Below, piece by piece: positions 63,132 to 64,000 of a DNA stretch of 64,000 nt; the first letter of the stretch is position 1; each line of letters begins with the position of its first letter. A model generated the notes under the pieces. It made no database searches. It had not been told where the DNA came from and saw only the letters and a list, made by a program, of their open reading frames with translations. The DNA is taken from contig NW_025765370.1 of assembly GCF_003918875.1 (NCBI RefSeq), positions 1,054,001 through 1,118,000 of the forward strand, written 5' to 3'. Origin of the DNA: Haliotis rubra (taxonomy: Eukaryota). The translations under genes were made by a program, and so were the position numbers.

Positions 63132-64000
63132 TAACGAATAATACTGAGCCTAAGTTTACTTAGACTGAGACTTTTGGGTTTAATCACTTTTTGCAATATT
63201 TACTGAACATACAAATTAGATATTTTTACTCTTCTATGAAGTCATCCTTCACAATTGGACCTCATTTACTTCACATACACCAAAGAGACCAAAGAAGATG
63301 CTTAACATTATTGAGATATGGAGATTTACAAATTATGAAAAGCATAGACAGGTGAGAGGGTTTTGCTAGAAAACAAGGATTTTGTCCTTTTTATAAAATA
63401 TTATAGAAGACAAAGTACATTATATATCAGTGTGCCCAATTTATGATATTTCAAGATAAAGATTTTTCCAACACTAATTTAAATAATGAATACCTCTCAG
63501 AACTTTACAACAAACTTCTAACATTTAAACCTTGATAAAGCTGATATTTCTCAACCCCATTAAACTCATAGAATACTACTATTGTTACGGCTGAGCTATG
63601 CTTAATTCACCCAATATAATTGTTGTCAAAAAAACCCCAACAAAGCTTATAACATTACCATATATGTCTGGTGTTGTCTACCCTGAAAACAGATGTCTGA
63701 TATTTGGACTTAAGATTGTTCTATATCTTATGATAATGAACTGAATAACCGTAAGGTTGAGGTAATAAATAACAGTAAATAAACAAACCCACTGATCATG
63801 CTGGAATGTCCTGGTGTCAGTTTTCTCCTGCTACTTTGTAGCGGTCATTTAACTGTTGACTGAGTTTGAGCAGTCCTCTCATCAACCTGCTCTACAGTCA
63901 GGCCTGTAGGGTGGAGATGTTGTCGACGTTGACATCTGATACTGCCGCATTACTGCATGGAACTATCACCACACCATCGGTTGAGTGGGTTGTCGTAGGC

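Noticed and set aside
63180-64000. Possible exon or LINE coding remnants at the right edge
   Set aside because: Only faint LINE C-terminal similarity; all frames are interrupted, so no call is supportable.

Overview
AT-rich, intron-rich animal genomic DNA. The SINE, MITE and Helentron-type repeats suggest a mollusc, possibly abalone-like (inference). Genes reconstructed by hand from splice sites and reading phase: (1) the first coding exon of an ACAD9-like gene on the minus strand, running off the left edge; (2) a two-exon CARD+Death-domain adaptor of CRADD/RAIDD architecture (+); (3) a convergent CARD-only ORF (-); (4) a complete six-exon MRPL46 (+, 276 aa); (5) a multi-exon gene of about 390-404 aa with CCDC66/CSPP1-like motifs (+, 33.2-51.4 kb); (6) a probable first exon of a further gene at 59.8 kb with a similar promoter and start. 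The rest is two SINE families sharing a 3' tail, decayed Tc1 (DD34E) transposons, many MITEs and several minisatellites. The most striking feature is a 2.4-kb, 35-bp minisatellite that is an amplified intron/exon junction: about 69 tandem CAG|GT sites precede the real exon. Also notable are inverted SINE pairs on both sides of one exon, a pseudoknot-like 5' end on a headless SINE family, and 26-31-bp TIR insertions with 7-bp TSDs. Most ORFs in the supplied track are spurious. All family assignments are from motif recognition, without database searches.
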